Below are positions 35,233-48,945 of a DNA stretch of 64,000 bases, one piece after another. The stretch's first letter is position 1; every line of letters starts with the position of its first letter. A model generated the notes under the pieces. It did no database searches. It had not been told where the DNA came from and was given only the letters and a program-made list of their open reading frames with translations. The DNA comes from Phyllosticta citribraziliensis (lineage: Eukaryota): contig NW_027117345.1 of assembly GCF_038025025.1 (NCBI RefSeq), forward strand, positions 434,001-498,000, in the 5' to 3' direction. The position numbers were made by a program, and so were the translations under genes.

Positions 35233-38200
35233 CTGAAGCTTGGCCGTCCCTCGATGATGCAGCCGATGATGTTTGCACATCGCCATCACTAAACACACGG
35301 CCCAGCAACAGTAACATCATCCACCATCATCACCCAGTTCGACTCGATTCATTTCGTTTCCCTCTCACCGCTGGACTGTCATTGCTGCACCGTTGACGCT
35401 GGATCCCAATCCTGTCACTGTGGCGTCCCGAGATGCAATGCACAGATAAGCAAGGATGCGCTGGGCGATCATGTCGCACTGCAGCCCCCCGAGAAAAAAC
35501 GCTTCTTTCAACCATGCACCCTCTCGCTCCATTCCCTGCACCTGCTCCATAACCGCGACTCAGCGTCGTGAAAATTTCCTCAGCCCTGTCATCACCACCC
35601 GGTCGCCTCTGGAAACCCGCCTGTGGGCCCTGTGTGTCGACGAGAAATTGCTCCTGGCCCGCCAGATGTTCATGCTGCCCAAGCATCAGAGACATTTTCA
35701 TCAACCCCAGCACCTTGATGGGGGGGATGCCTTGGGCCCCGTTCGTTCTCTAGTCCGCCTGCCTCGGTCGTGGCCGTGGATTGGCACGTGGTCGGCATGG
35801 CTCAATCCATTGCCTCTGGCTCCCTCGTCTTGGAGCTGGACCCTGGCAACCAATTCAAAGGTCCCTTTTTTTCTTTACTTTCTCGAAGCCCTCCCGGCTT
35901 CCATGACCGGCGAGTGGCGACTCACAAGGGCCCAGCTCGGCAACATCTCGCCTTTTTCGTGGTCAACTCGTCTCTACCAGTCCCTGACAACGGCTGCCGG
36001 TTGGACATGCTCTGCGTGCTGCTGCACATGTGCTGTGGCTGGCTCTCGTCGGCGGCCCCGGCGACTCGACCGTCGACGTTAGGCCCAGCACGGACTTCCG
36101 CACAGGAGCCTGGAATGTGACAAGCCAACCGCCCGCAGAAGGGCTGAGCAGGGTCATGAGGACAAGATACGGGCAGCCATGTTGTTATTTTGTGTTTTTG
36201 TCTCGTAGATGAGCAGAGGCTCTGCGGGAGCTGGACGCAGGACCCCTTGTCGCCAATTCGCCATCCGTACTTCCCCGGTTTCGGAGCGTGCCATGGCAAT
36301 GCTAAATTTACCTGGCCGTACCAGTTGCTTGGGAAGTGTGGGGGTCCCGAGTCCCGAGCAAAAAGCATCCCGCTCCTACAGCCAAACCACGCCGGCCCAT
36401 CCTCTACTTTTGCGTGGCTGGCCGTCTGTCTCCCTCCTCGTCCACGAGATGGTTCCTTCATCCGTGACGCGTGCGCTGTGGCGGACATCACGGCCTGTGA
36501 TGTGATACAATCTGCTTGACTCGATACTGCCAGGCTTTGTTTCCTCTCGGCCGCTTGGGATTCGATTTCCGACAACAGCGCACTGAGCCAGCCAGCCATC
36601 TTCAACAACAAATTTCAAAACAGTTGTTTTTCGTCGGTCACGGGTACACTGGCGAGTCGACGCTCTCTCTTCACTCGAGAGCTTTGTCACAATTCTTAGG
36701 CACCAACTTCAACCCAAGCAGTCCGTGTCTATACACACCTCGTACCCATCATCACCATTCATCAAACCCGTGCGTCCCGGATGTGCAACCCACTCGAGCA
36801 AGGAAAAACATCTCCTTAGTGTGACCAAAAGCAGCAATCTCAAGCGCGCTGCGATGTGGCTCAAGGCCTCGTCTTCCCTCCCTCCCTCCCTCCAAGAACA
36901 ACGACAAGTCGGTCACCGGGGCCCCCCCCCTCTGATCTCCCACTTCATTTCGCTCGCTCGCTCGCTCGCTTTCCTTGCCGTGCGCAACGTCCCACCGTAG
37001 TACAGACCCGGACCGGCCCACTTGCCTCCGCGGCACCCACCGACGAGCACATCACTTGCCCGTGTTGCCCTGCCGTGCCGCCCGCCTGACGAGCCCCCGC
37101 GACGGGGTACCCACACTGGCTCCGCTCTCCTTTCCGCCGCGCTTCGCTTGACCTTCTAGAAGCACTACGTTGCCGTTGCGAGAAGTCAGTCAGCCCGGCA
37201 GCAACGCGTCCAAACAAATGTGGCCATAGCTCCTTTCCTCTCCTTCCTTTCTTCCTTTTCTTTTCTGTCTCCAACACTTCTCACTTCTCCAGACACGGGC
37301 TCCCGCATCCCCGACCCCGACCCCGACTTCCCCTTCTCCTACTCCATGCGTCAGATGATGTACCCACTACCCCGTGCACCCCCTGCTCAGAGACTGGCTT
37401 GGAGCCGCCACGTGAGCGCGCCCCAATGATCGTCTTCCGCCGAGCTGTGGAGATGATGAAGAGCAAGGTGCCAAGCGCCGGACGCTATACATACATGCAC
37501 ATCAGTAAGTGTTGCACGTAATCACAGCGAACTCGACCGGCCGCGGCGCTCGCGCCTAGACCTGTCGATCGACGTACGCCGAGTGCTCGAAGCAGACATG
37601 TGTATTGTCGAGCAAAAGCACTTCACCGGCATCCTTCTTTTCCCTCTCCAGCTGCTCAGTCTTCTCGTGCACTTTGCGCAACTTCTCGCGCTGCTCGAGG
37701 TGCTGCTGCTCCGAAAAGAGTTGGAATCTGAAAAGAGTTGGGACCTGCAGCATACGTTCTCAGAGCCAGCTCGGACGTATTTTGGCATGGCAGACTGAAA
37801 CATCATGGACTTGGCTTGGGCCAGGGCTTTTCGGCCTCGGCCTCTGACTGCTGCTACTGCTGCTGCCCCTGCCATCCATCCATGCGCGTTCCATTCGTTC
37901 GTCAGTTCCGCCAACCGACGGAAGTGCAAGGTAGGCAGACGAGCGCACCTTTAAACCAACACCGCCACCCCAGGGGCGTCTGTTCAGCGGGGGCGATCAA
38001 GAGCCCACTTGACGGCAATGCAATCCATTTCACGGCTGGCAGTGCATTGGATGGCATCCCCAACCAAAGCGTAGACCACGACACGATCAACCCATGTAGG
38101 CGCTGACGCCCCAAAGAGCATATCAACCTGCAAAAGGATCCATGATGACACAGAAAGTCTTTACTGACATAGATCCTATTGACCCCACATTGACCCATCA

Positions 38201-38752
38201 GGAAGAAAGTGTAGGCTAAGCCTCACAGCCCTACCTTTCGTTGGTCTCGAGATGCTGAGATGTTACCTTGCCCTATCCCAACTTGATAAAGGGCGGCAAT
38301 TCCGAGAGTGGTTCTGCATGATCGACCTAGACACACTCATATGATCCCGTTCGCCAACGCGTGTGCATCTACCACACAACAAGCACCCGGCCCTCCCGAA
38401 GTCGTCACTCCTGACCACCCCGACTACGCTTCCTACTGGCTTCCTACGAGCCCCACACTGGCAGCACATTGCCCTTGTCGGCAAAATCTTGTTTTCTCCA
38501 CGGCCGTGTAAGAGGCTAAACGGATGAATGCTCCTTGTGTGCACCTGACGCAGTGAATGGATGCTCCCTGAACGAGGACACATCCAAGGCCACAACGTAA
38601 CCCACCGCCAATAAACTACATGAGGGGGCATGGCCCACTCAGGAGCTTTCAAGAGCATTCTAGCATTTCTACGGGATGATACGACAAGGAGCATTCAGCT
38701 CCATCTCTCAAAACCGATCTTGTACCAGAACCCCGCAAAGGCTGACAGGTTG

Positions 38753-40256
38753 CTACTTGAGCTTCCCGGACAGCGTCTTCGGGAACCTGTACTTGAAAAA
38801 GGCAAGAAGTTCATGGAGGTCGTTGCAGTCAAGGCTTTCAGGCATCTCCTCCAACATGAGGAGCAACTCCTTGATCGGCGCCCAGGCCCATCCTCCAGTG
38901 ACTTTTCCTGGCGCGGTGTGTGGATCCATGTACCGATCATAAATCTCGTGGGCGCGGCGGTCCGTCTCGTAAGCGGGCATGAGGTAGTACTTGACCGCCT
39001 CCAGGTTGACAACAAGGTCCGACTTCCGAACACCCATATTGGTGAGTGTGTGGCGCGTGGTAACAATCCAGTTCGTCCTTGACTCCGTCACGTTTGGGAA
39101 GCCCTAATCCTAATTAGTAGAAGTAATGAGTAAGAGCTTAGGAAGTAACTTACTGGGAAGGCTGTTTCTGGTCGGATCATCTGGCTTAGGCGCTCAGCAG
39201 TGGTGGCGCCGCCCCCAACAAGGAACGACGGATGCTTGAAGGTGGGAGCTGACGATGAGGAAGACGGAGCGGCGAACGGCAGTGCGAACTTCGAAGCTGC
39301 TTCCATGACCTTTCGCAACTGAGTGCGACGTCGGGCCGTGCCGTACTTGAGGTCCTGGCTGCGTGGGTTGACGAGAGACGGCTGGTCGTCGTCGTCCGAG
39401 AGAGAAATCACTTCGACAGCCTTGCGCTTCGGGGCGGGCTTGATGGACAGCTGAGAGACTCGTCAGTGGTGATCCATCAATTTGGGTGGCAGAAGGACTA
39501 ACATACCTCGGGCTCCTTCTTGCCGACCTCTGCAAAGGTCGATGAGCTCTTGTTCCCGGCCTCTCCAAAGGACGACAAGCTGTTGGTGCCGGCCGCTTCA
39601 AAGGTCGACGAGACGCTCTTGTTGCTGGACTTCGCAAAGGGCGACGAGATGCTCTTGTTGCCGGTCGTGCCAAAGGTCGAGGGGTACTGGTTGCCGGCGG
39701 ACTTCGCAAAGGGCGACGAGATGCTCTTGTTGCCGGAGGTCGAGGAGTGCTGGTCGCCGGATTTCGCAAAGGTCGACGAGGACTGGTTGCCGGCCTCTGC
39801 AAAGGACGAGAGCTGCTCCTGTGAGCCTCTTCGAGCGACATGCCCAGCGCGACGATCGAATCCTTGATCTCCTGGAGAGCACGGGCGTGGGCTTGTTGGA
39901 GCTCAGCAATCTTCATGCTTTGGCGATTCTCGAGCTCTTGAATGACATGGTGCTGCTGGGCCTTGATGGTTGCCGTCAATTGCTTGAAGGCGTTGACGGT
40001 GCTGGCCTTTTCGTGGTCGCGGCCCTCGCGGAAACCAGTTGCGTGGTCTCGAGGACAGCCAAGACGAGGTTCGTCGAATGTGACCTCACCACGGTCGCGG
40101 AGTATCTGCGTCGCGTCGGCAATTGCAGTGGCAGCCGTTCTCCTCAAATGATGACGAGTTCTTGTTTCCGTTCTCCGCAAAGGAAAACGATCTCCTGTTG
40201 CCGTTCTCCGCAAATCTCGAAGAGGTTCTGGCGGCCGCAAGCTTGCCCCTAATCAT
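38753..40256 (-). pseudogene. Probable frameshifted gene for a repeat/coiled-coil protein with NLS-like and SIM-like motifs
   Basis: Intact phase-0 introns 39451..39506 and 39104..39153 join SSxFAxxGNK repeats to PAPKRKAVEVISLSDDDD and a globular last exon; the upstream coiled-coil segment lies in another frame and stops interrupt the repeat frame. Confidence 0.55.
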
Positions 40257-40319
40257 AGACGCCGTCGACCAATGTGTCCACCTCCCAGTTACAAGCAGCT
40301 TCAGAACTTGAAAGCCGTG

Positions 40320-40560
40320 ATGGGCTTCGGCCCCAGCGACAAAATCCCCGAGCCGATCCAGCAAGGTCAGCCCAGACGTGTCGTCCTCGTCTTCCACGCC
40401 GCGGACAACGACATCAAATGGCTGAGCAAGGTCGGGTTCGACTGGCAGGAAAACGGAGTCATCGGGATGGTGGATTCCCAGCGGCTCGTGGCCTAGGAGG
40501 ATTCCTGTCATAATTTGAGGAAGGGCTTGGGTTGGTGCTCTCTTCCAAGTGTGACGAGTA
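40320..40560 (+). pseudogene. Fragment resembling a Gfd2/YDR514C/QIP-type RNase H-like exonuclease
   Basis: RRVVLVFHAADNDIKWLSKVGFDW...VIGMVDSQRL followed by TAG at 40494..40496; recognised by pattern only. Confidence 0.4.
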
Positions 40561-42168
40561 GCAGGACTGACTCTCGAATAGACAACCCCCACCAAATCGG
40601 ACTCTTCAACCTTACCATACGGGTGGGCCTGAACCCTCCGATCGAGACCCAAAGGCCTCGACGGAAGAACAAGAAAGGCGAGACAGTGGTGAAGGACAAC
40701 TTCGTCGGAGGACACAATGCTGCTGTGGACGCCGCCGCCGCCGCCTCCGCCGCTGCTGCTGATGCTGTCGATGTTGTCGATGCTGCGCCTCGCTGCACCC
40801 CTGCGTTTTGCTGGCCTTGGTGTTTTGTGCGGCTGCGCAGTATATGCGGAAGGTAGAGGGGGCGGAGTCGAGGCTGTTGGTTGGAGAAGTGGGGCGGTGT
40901 TTGCAAAGAGACTGGAGTGGATTTCCGGACCAATGCTGCGGAGGAGCTTCGTTTGAGAGGCCCCCATTTCAGCGGGCAGAGAGTCACTCCGGTCAACCAC
41001 AAAGTCGTGGTTCTTCCAGCCATTGTTCTCCTGTACTTTGTAATGGAATGTCTGGCTTGCTTCGTTGAACCCTTCTTTGAAGAGAGGCCCGGGCCGACGG
41101 TCCTTAACTTTTTGTTAAGGTCCAGAATTGTCACGCCGACTTCTGTGAGGCGATCGTGGTTGTGCTCGTAGGCTCTCGGTGTCGACGGACATGAAAATTG
41201 TCGGGCTTGGTAGAGGGCGTCGCGGGCGACCGGCCAGTTCCTCTGCTGCGAGGTCTTGCGAAATTATCGCCAAGGCAGCCTGCATGGGGTATCGGGCGTC
41301 CACAATAGCATTTGGGTCGTAGATGCGGGAAGCCTGAGGAGGAGGAACAAGATGGGTGGTTAGTCATGGAGATGAGGAGGTTGATGGGCGACGGGACTTG
41401 ACGTACCTTTGCCTCGTGGCTTGCCGGCTCCGTAGAATGGAGAGCAGGGCATGAAGAACATTGCAGACACAGAGAACACTAGGCCCAGGATCGAGAGCGT
41501 TGGTGCAATGGAGGGCACCAGGAGAGGAGAGAACATTAGTGGAACAGAGAAGAAGGTCAAGGGACGTTGAGGCTGTGATGAAGAATGAAGAAAAGGAAGA
41601 GAAGACAAAAGAAGGCAGGAGAGCAGCGCCGTCGACGAGCGAGACACTACTTCTATAGGTAAGGTAGGGCGGTGGTGGGTAAGGGAAGGAATCACCGGCA
41701 GCAAGGTAAGAGCACGCGCCATGACAATATCCCAATGGAAGGAGCCAGCAGCGGTCAGCCACACACCTACTTAGTAATGTAGCTGCTTTACAGACGACGG
41801 GCAGCAGCGAGTGATCCATGCAGGGAAGGGCTGCTCCACAAGGTAGCAGCTGTAGCTGAATGATGACTGACTGCCGGTGCCAGAATCCAACATTTCTCTT
41901 GAGCCCCATGGGGCGACAGGCGGAGGACCGCACATTTGCGCCAATGGGACTGCTATCTTTACTCGTTTCCTCGACGCCAGAGATTACTATGTGTAGCTGT
42001 GATCAAAGGGTCAAAAGAATTTGAATTGAGGTACATACAGACAACCGTGCGTTTGAGTCATCCCCTTCAAACGCACATCTCATCTCATCTCTCTCCCAAG
42101 CCGGCCAATTCCACGAGCTTCATTCTCTCTCGACGCCTCCAGCCCACAGTGCTCTCCCATTTCTCCAC

Positions 42169-45100
42169 CTACCTCCCCACACCAACCGAATCCGGAGTGC
42201 CGCTCGCACCACGCGCCGGCGTCGCCATGCGACTGGTGGAGGAGCCGCCGCCCGGCACCTTGAAGCCGACCTCCCAGCCACGCTTGTAGATGTCCTTGAC
42301 CATGTCCTCGCACACGGCGCGGCCCTCGTCGAGCTCGACGTGGCGCCAGTGCTTCCACAGCTTGAGCGCCGTGCGCGCGTCCTCGACCGAGTCGTGCGTG
42401 CCCGTCTGCACGTCCTCCTGCAGCACGATCCACGCCAGGAAGCGCAGGCTGAGCTTGCGCTGCCGCGCCGCGATGTAGTACAGGTCCACCGTGTCCACCA
42501 CCTGCGCCCGCGGCACGTGGATGTTGATGGTGCGGAAGTCCTTGGGCAGCCCGTGCCCGATGAAGACGCAGCCCAGGTTGAGCAGCAGCCAGAGCTTCTT
42601 GTACGCGACCTTGAGCCCGACGAGCGCGTGCTTGGATGTGCTGCGGTCCAGGTCGCCGGGCGAAATGCCGCTGAAGAGCGTCAGGTAGTCGACGATGGGC
42701 TCGCTGATTGCTATGTAGTCGTCGATGAAGGGCGCGCCTTCGTCGGGGCCGTCGCCACGAAGCACCGAGACGCGCGCCAGCCCCAGCCGCGAAGGTCTAA
42801 TCGTTTCGCGCTGGCCCGAGGCACTGATTTCGATTTCTTCGCGCTGCAGCGAGACGAATTCGGCGTCGATGGCGACAGGCCACCCCGCGCTCGGATGCTC
42901 GCTTGGGTCGAGCTGCTTGAAGCCGGGGCTGTCGATTGCTCCGGGACCCCAAGTGCGGTAGAGCAGAGAGGTGTCTAGCCGTTCTTTCCAAGTGTCGTCA
43001 ATGTGGTGGCTAACCTTGACGCTCTGGAACGCCAAAACTGACGGCAGTTTCCACGTCGGCTCGAAACGGAGCGCCTCCTCCTTGGTCACGGGCCGGACGA
43101 GAAAGTCGTTGAAGAGATGCCATTGGCCCTCGGTTTGATTGCTGTCGCGCGAGGACGGCGACACGTTGATCATGGAAACCAAGTGGGACTTTTGATTCTC
43201 GCCGCTGTTGATGTCAGCCACCACACCCACGAGCTCGTAAACTTGAATGTCGTAAAAGTTGCGTCGGAGGTGGTGTTCAAGGTCTTGGCCTTCGTAACAG
43301 AAGAATTGCCCCTGGTTGACGATGATGCCAATCTTCTGAGGCATCCAATTCGGCGTCGCCCACAGCTGCTTTGCCTCGTGGCTGTGGATGGCCGCATTGA
43401 TCATGATGATTGGCGGAATGTTTTGGATGCTTTTTCTTGCGGCCAGCTGTTGGTAGCGTTTGCATCTGTCACACCAGCCGCGGTTTTGGTCCTGCCGTTC
43501 AACGCTGGCCTTCAGAATTTGGGAGAATGTAGGTCTCGATGCCCGCATGTGGTTTTTCATGCTATTCTTGGGCGGATAAACCAATTCATGAGCAAAAGTG
43601 GCACCTGGTCTTCTTGTCTCGTTGTTGCACTGCGCACATCGAATGTTTGCAATGGCGTTGGTCGTCAGTGCCAGCTCCAGGTGGTTGGTACCGGAAGTCA
43701 TTTGTCGAAAGTCGGTCGTGAGCTTGTCGAGTAGAAAGCGATTGAGCGCCTGGATCATGTTGGTCAGAGCGTTGTTTGGTGAGTGCTCTTCGAGTAGGCC
43801 GAGGGAGGCTGCGTTCGACAAGTTGCTGAACGTCTTCAAAAAATTGGTGGCCTGGCAGTTTTGTCCCTGTGCCTTTTCCAGCATGTCGATGAGAAATCCC
43901 AGTTCGCAAAGCAGACAATTTTCAAACAAGCAAGACGTTGATGTGTGGTGCAGCGCCAAGTTACGCAGTAGAGGGGTGAATCTGAGCAACTGCAGCAGCG
44001 GATTTGCATATGAATTCGCAATGTGGGTTTCCAAGCCAGAGTATTCGGTCTTATTGTAGTACCTGGTTTTGTCAGCTCAAGCTCCCTGGCCAGGACGACC
44101 AACTTACTTGAAATCAAAGTCGTCAACTCCAAACTTGCTGTACTTGATTTCGACATTGCGGTACATGACAGGGACATCTTTCTTTGTTGTCCCATCGAGC
44201 ATCAGGTCAGTCATTGCTTCGAGCGTCTCGCTCATCCGACGCTCAGGGTCGCTGTTCGAATTATCTCTGGCCTTTTCGCTCAGGAACTTTGGCGCCATGA
44301 TGGAGTCGCCCTTGCCAGGCAGACGGGTTCCAACGACCTGATTTCTTTTCGTCTTTCGTGGGTTCGGTGCCCAGTGGCCCAGCTCTGCCCTCTTAAGGCT
44401 TGCCTGGACTTGCGGATCAACTTTTGGTGGCGGCGCCCCGACCTCGAAGATCAAATGACTCGGCCAGGCGGAGAGCAGTGTCTCTCGATAATAAGGCATT
44501 CCGACGGTACTCAGAGGGCTGCTAGGCAGTCAGCATTGGCACTGGGCAAGGGTCCGAGATACTCACGTATCCATGGACCAGTCCATTTTCTGAGGCGGAA
44601 TGACATGATCTGGAAACTCGGTCGGTTGGCTCTGATCCGTGAACCTGACCTTTGTGGGAGAGCCCCATATTCGGACAGTGCAGAGCGCATCTGAAAGAGC
44701 CAGTGCCTCCCCAGAAGGGGCCATTTCCAAAGAGGTCAAATACGTGTCGTAGAGATTGACTTGGCGGACGTTGGCAGTGTTTGGATTCATCAGGTCCACA
44801 ACCTGCAGCTGTCCAGATTGGGAAGCCACAATGCTTGTCGTAGACATGCGTGGATGCATCCGGACAAAGGCAGCTCCGACGTGGAATGGGATAGGCGGGA
44901 GCGGTAAAAGGGTCTTGAGGTCATAAACATAAGCGAAGGGGTCGAGGATTAGGTTATTCATTTGGCGGCGCGAGTACCCGCAAGTGACGAGGAAGTCGGC
45001 CTTTGCGTCCATGTCGTTGATCCATTCTTTGTGGGCTTGCCACGTCTTGACGAGTCTGAAGTTGAAGGGGTCTATGATGACAACCAGGCCAGTTTTTGTC

Positions 45101-45950
45101 GCGGCGCAGATGTATTGCCCGCCCTTTTTCATGAGCGTGAAATTGTGCTCGGCGGCCAGCTGCAATCAGTCAGCTCCTCGCCCTCTAAGCGTGCCGTCTC
45201 AGGCCCAGCTTACAGTGTCCACGATGGTCCCCTTTTCCACGTCGATCCTGTACATTGTATCTTGGCAGCCTGCTACCAGAATCTCATGAATGCCCTTGCT
45301 CGTAAAACTCATGCACCGTAGGTCTTTGAACCCATCGTGCCTGATCAGGGGTTAGTATCGCGGATTCCAGTTGTCGCTTGAGTTTCGTACGTGAGATGCC
45401 ATAGCGTCAAACCTCGCCTGGTAGCAAGGTGGACGCTCCGCACGCTGATACTCAGCACACCCTTGTCACAGAATAACAGCTGTTTGACTGGACCTTCACC
45501 CGAGGAATGCGCTCGATAGCTAGTATACCGTTGGAGCTCTGGGCCGAAGAACGAGGACACCCTCCCCTGTGCGTCGAATGCGCCCACTTGTTAACCAACT
45601 GAGCAGCAGGAATCCAATCGGTCGGGAGCTGAGGAGAGATCGTAGGAGGTGTGGGCCGAGCGAGACCGGGTTGTGTCGCAGAAGACGCACTCACAAAGTC
45701 ATTCCCAGCCCAAAGCAGGTCTTGATGCGTGTCGAACGCGACGGTGGTAGCTGATGTCGGCAGGGCATGCGGGCCTGGCGGAGGCAAAGCGATCTGACTG
45801 AGCTATGAGAAACGACAAGAATTAGCAGTGATTCTTCGTTTGATTAGGCAGGATCCCGCGCCGGGGAATAGGTTGCGACTGGACAAGAAAGCTGCGCTGA
45901 TAACAATGCGCGGGGAGCTGAAGACGTACCTCGTCCCAGTCCGCCTCCAT
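42169..45950 (-). CDS. PAN2: PAN2-PAN3 deadenylase catalytic subunit
   Basis: MEADWDE start, WD40 region, [13 protein letters not shown], pseudo-[19 protein letters not shown] nuclease VAIDAEFV...GHGLPKDF...HDSVEDA; multiple introns. Confidence 0.96.
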
Positions 45951-46607
45951 TTTTACCGCAAAGCAATAACGATGGTCAGGGCGGTCCCGGCGGCTTCTTC
46001 ATGCTCCAATCGCGGAACTAGAAGGAGTCGAGAGCAAAGGAGTGAAGAGGAGCTGTGGTGGTGACGGGGAGATGGTTGGGTGCGGAGCTCGTCTCGGAGG
46101 TGGACGCGGCGGTGGTCTGTGCCCTGGCGCTGTCGAATGCCCTGGGCTGGAGGCTCGTCTGAAAGCTTTCTTCCAACTTGCACCTTCATCCCAGCAAACA
46201 CCAAATCATCCAACCACGCATCGGTCTTGAACCGTACACGAGATCTCTGATCCGGCCGTCCTGCTGGAAAACAGACAAATGAACGCAAAGCACATGGCCC
46301 ATCGTGTCCCGCCAGCACACAAGCACGTTTTTCAGCACAGGAGATGTAGAACATCTGTTGATGGTTTTCTTTGAATCGCCTCAAAGGCTTCCATTGTCCA
46401 ACATACTGTATCCCAATACGCGTGCACCGAACTCACGCAGGTCAATCTAGGACCTCAAACCAGCCTCACCCGTCAACCCCTAGACAGATCCAACCGAGCC
46501 AACCCAATCCCAACAAAGAGGAAATGTGTAACGAAACAATTTGAAAGATCCAACCGCCTGCTCCCTCGAGCCACCGAATCTACGCGATCAAAATGCTTGA
46601 TTCAATC

Positions 46608-48945
46608 CTATACCGCAGGACCAGCCTTGAGGACCTCGGGGGTAGCCTCGTCGCTGTACTTTTCGAAGTTCTCCGCAAACAGCCTGCCAAGCTTGGTGAC
46701 CTCGCCCTTGAAGTCGGCGGTGCCCGTCCAGCTCTTGGCCGGGTTCAGCAGATCGTCAGGGACGTTGGGGCAGGTCTTGGGAACGTGGAGGTTGAACGTG
46801 TCGTACGTCTCGTACTCGACCTTGGCGAGCTCACCCGAGTGGATGGCATCGAGGATGGCGCGAGTATACTTGAGGGGGCAGCGCTTGCCGCCAGTCGTGG
46901 CACCGGCACCGACCCAACCAGTGTTGAGCAGCCAGGCGTTGGCATTGTGTTGCGAGATCTTCTCCGCAAGCATCTTGGCGTAACGCATTGGGTGAAGAGC
47001 AAGGAAGGGTTGAGCAAAGCACGAGGAGAAGGTCGCTTGCGGTTCTGTGATGCCATCCTCGGTGCCGGCCATCTTCGACGTGTAGCCGGAAATGAAGTGG
47101 TACATGGTTTGCTCGGTCGTGAGCTTAGAGATGGGAGGGAGGACACCACGAGCGTCACAGGTGAGAAGGATGATGTTGGTAGGATGGCTGGTCGAAACGC
47201 AAGGAATCTTGGTGTTTTCGATGTATTCAATGGGGTATGCGCTGAGAAGTGTGAGTAAAGATTTTGGGAACTGCTGACTGGCAAAGCTTACCAGCGAGTG
47301 TTTTCGGTGAGAGTGGCGTCTTCGTAGTCAACCTCACGAGTCGCGGGGTCGAAGACGACATTCTCAAGAATGGAACCAAAGCGGATGGCGTTGAAAATAT
47401 CGGGTTCCTTCTCCGCAGACAAGCCAATGGTCTTGGCGTAGCATCCGCCCTCGATGTTGAAGACACCCCTGTCGCTCCAGCAGTGCTCATCGTCACCGAT
47501 CAATGCACGCTTGGGGTCTGCAGAGAGGGTGGTCTTGCCGGTACCCGACAGACCGAAGAAGACTGTGACGTCGCCATTCCGGCCCTCATTTGCAGAGGAG
47601 TGGAGCGTCAAAACTTGGTGCTTGACGGGCATCTCGTAGAAGAGAACGGTGAAGATGCCCTTCTTCATTTCGCCGGCGTACTCGGTACCCAAGATGACCA
47701 TTTCCTTCTCGGCAAAGTTGATGGAGACGGAGGTCGCAGAGGTCATACCGGCGGTAAATCTGTTTGCCGGGAAGGCACCGGCGTTGTAGATGACATAGTC
47801 GGGGTGGAAGTGCTCAAGCTCGGCCCTCGAGGGACGGATGAGCATGTTGCGCATGAAGAGAGCGTGGTAGGCACGCGCGCAGACGACGCGCACCTTGATG
47901 CGGTAACGCTCATCCCAACCAGCAAAGCCATCAACGACGTAGATGCGGTTGCGAGTGTTGAGGTAGTCGACGGCGCGTTCTCTGTTGATGCGCCAGACCT
48001 AGAAAAAGCGTGGTCAGCACGTGGCGTGTCGAGCGTCGGCAAGAGTCGGGGGTCTTCAGGGCTAAACGTAATGTGCGGGGAAGCAGGCGCCACCTGCAAC
48101 CCACACAGTGACGTCGCGTCGATCGGTTCCACAACCAAGTCGCCATGTCTGTGGGGTAGATGCAGGTACAAATTCCACGGTACAATGCCATTCAATTCTG
48201 CCGACATCCGGCATTTGAGTAACGAGCGGCAACGTACCTCTGGAGTCATGGGCTTGTTCACTGGACCCCACCAAATGTCCTTTTCTGACGTCGGTTCCTG
48301 GACGACGCGCTTATCCGAGGGCGAACGGCCAGTTTTGGCTCCCGAGTATGCTGAGAGGGCACCAGAGGCGGTGATGGCCGAGCCAGTCTCGTAGACCAGG
48401 GCATCTTCGTAAAGAGCAGCGACAGACGGGTTGGCAATCTGGACAGCACCTGATCAGTGTGGGTCGCGAGATAAGCATCAGAGGGAAGACTGACGATGGC
48501 CACGCGGTCGTAGTCAATGTGCGCCTTATCGTGGAGCTCTTCCTCGATCTCGGTGTGCTCGCCCTTGGATGGTCTGGGACGGGATTAGCGCTTGTGATAA
48601 CCACAGAGCATAACCTCGGCAAGGGTGGACAGAGTTGGGAGCAAGGCTAAAACGGAGCACGGCCAATTCCCTCAGTCGAGGTGGCAGAGGTCGAGAGATT
48701 GGCGGGGATTGCTCCGAGGGAGGAGCAAAGGGGTCAACTCACTCTAGACCTCCAGGGTGGAGGGCAGTCTTGTTGACAAAGTTGGGGTTGGGGTTGCCGG
48801 AGACCATCTTGGAGAGAGAGGTGGAGTGGAAGTTATTCTTTGCCTGACGAGTGGCCTGCTGGCGAGAGAATTCCTGGGCGAGGGGACCTGGTGAAGCAGC
48901 ACGGAGAGGGGGGTCGGCGGAGCCTTTAGTAGGATTCAGGGCCAT
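46608..48945 (-). CDS. PCK1: Phosphoenolpyruvate carboxykinase (ATP)
   Basis: [64 protein letters not shown]; several introns. Confidence 0.97.

Noticed and set aside
37556..37753. Short charged coiled-coil-like ORF (EQQHLEQREKLRKVHEKTEQLEREKK)
   Set aside because: Could not be extended into a spliced gene model; possibly a decayed fragment, insufficient support
39520..39810. Spaced repeats considered as CRISPR-like array
   Set aside because: Degenerate coding minisatellite without unique spacers, no cas genes, eukaryotic context
17966..45950. Apparent cluster of RNA quality-control genes (Smr, HUL4, REI1, PAN2)
   Set aside because: Interspersed with unrelated housekeeping genes and no shared motif seen; probably chance
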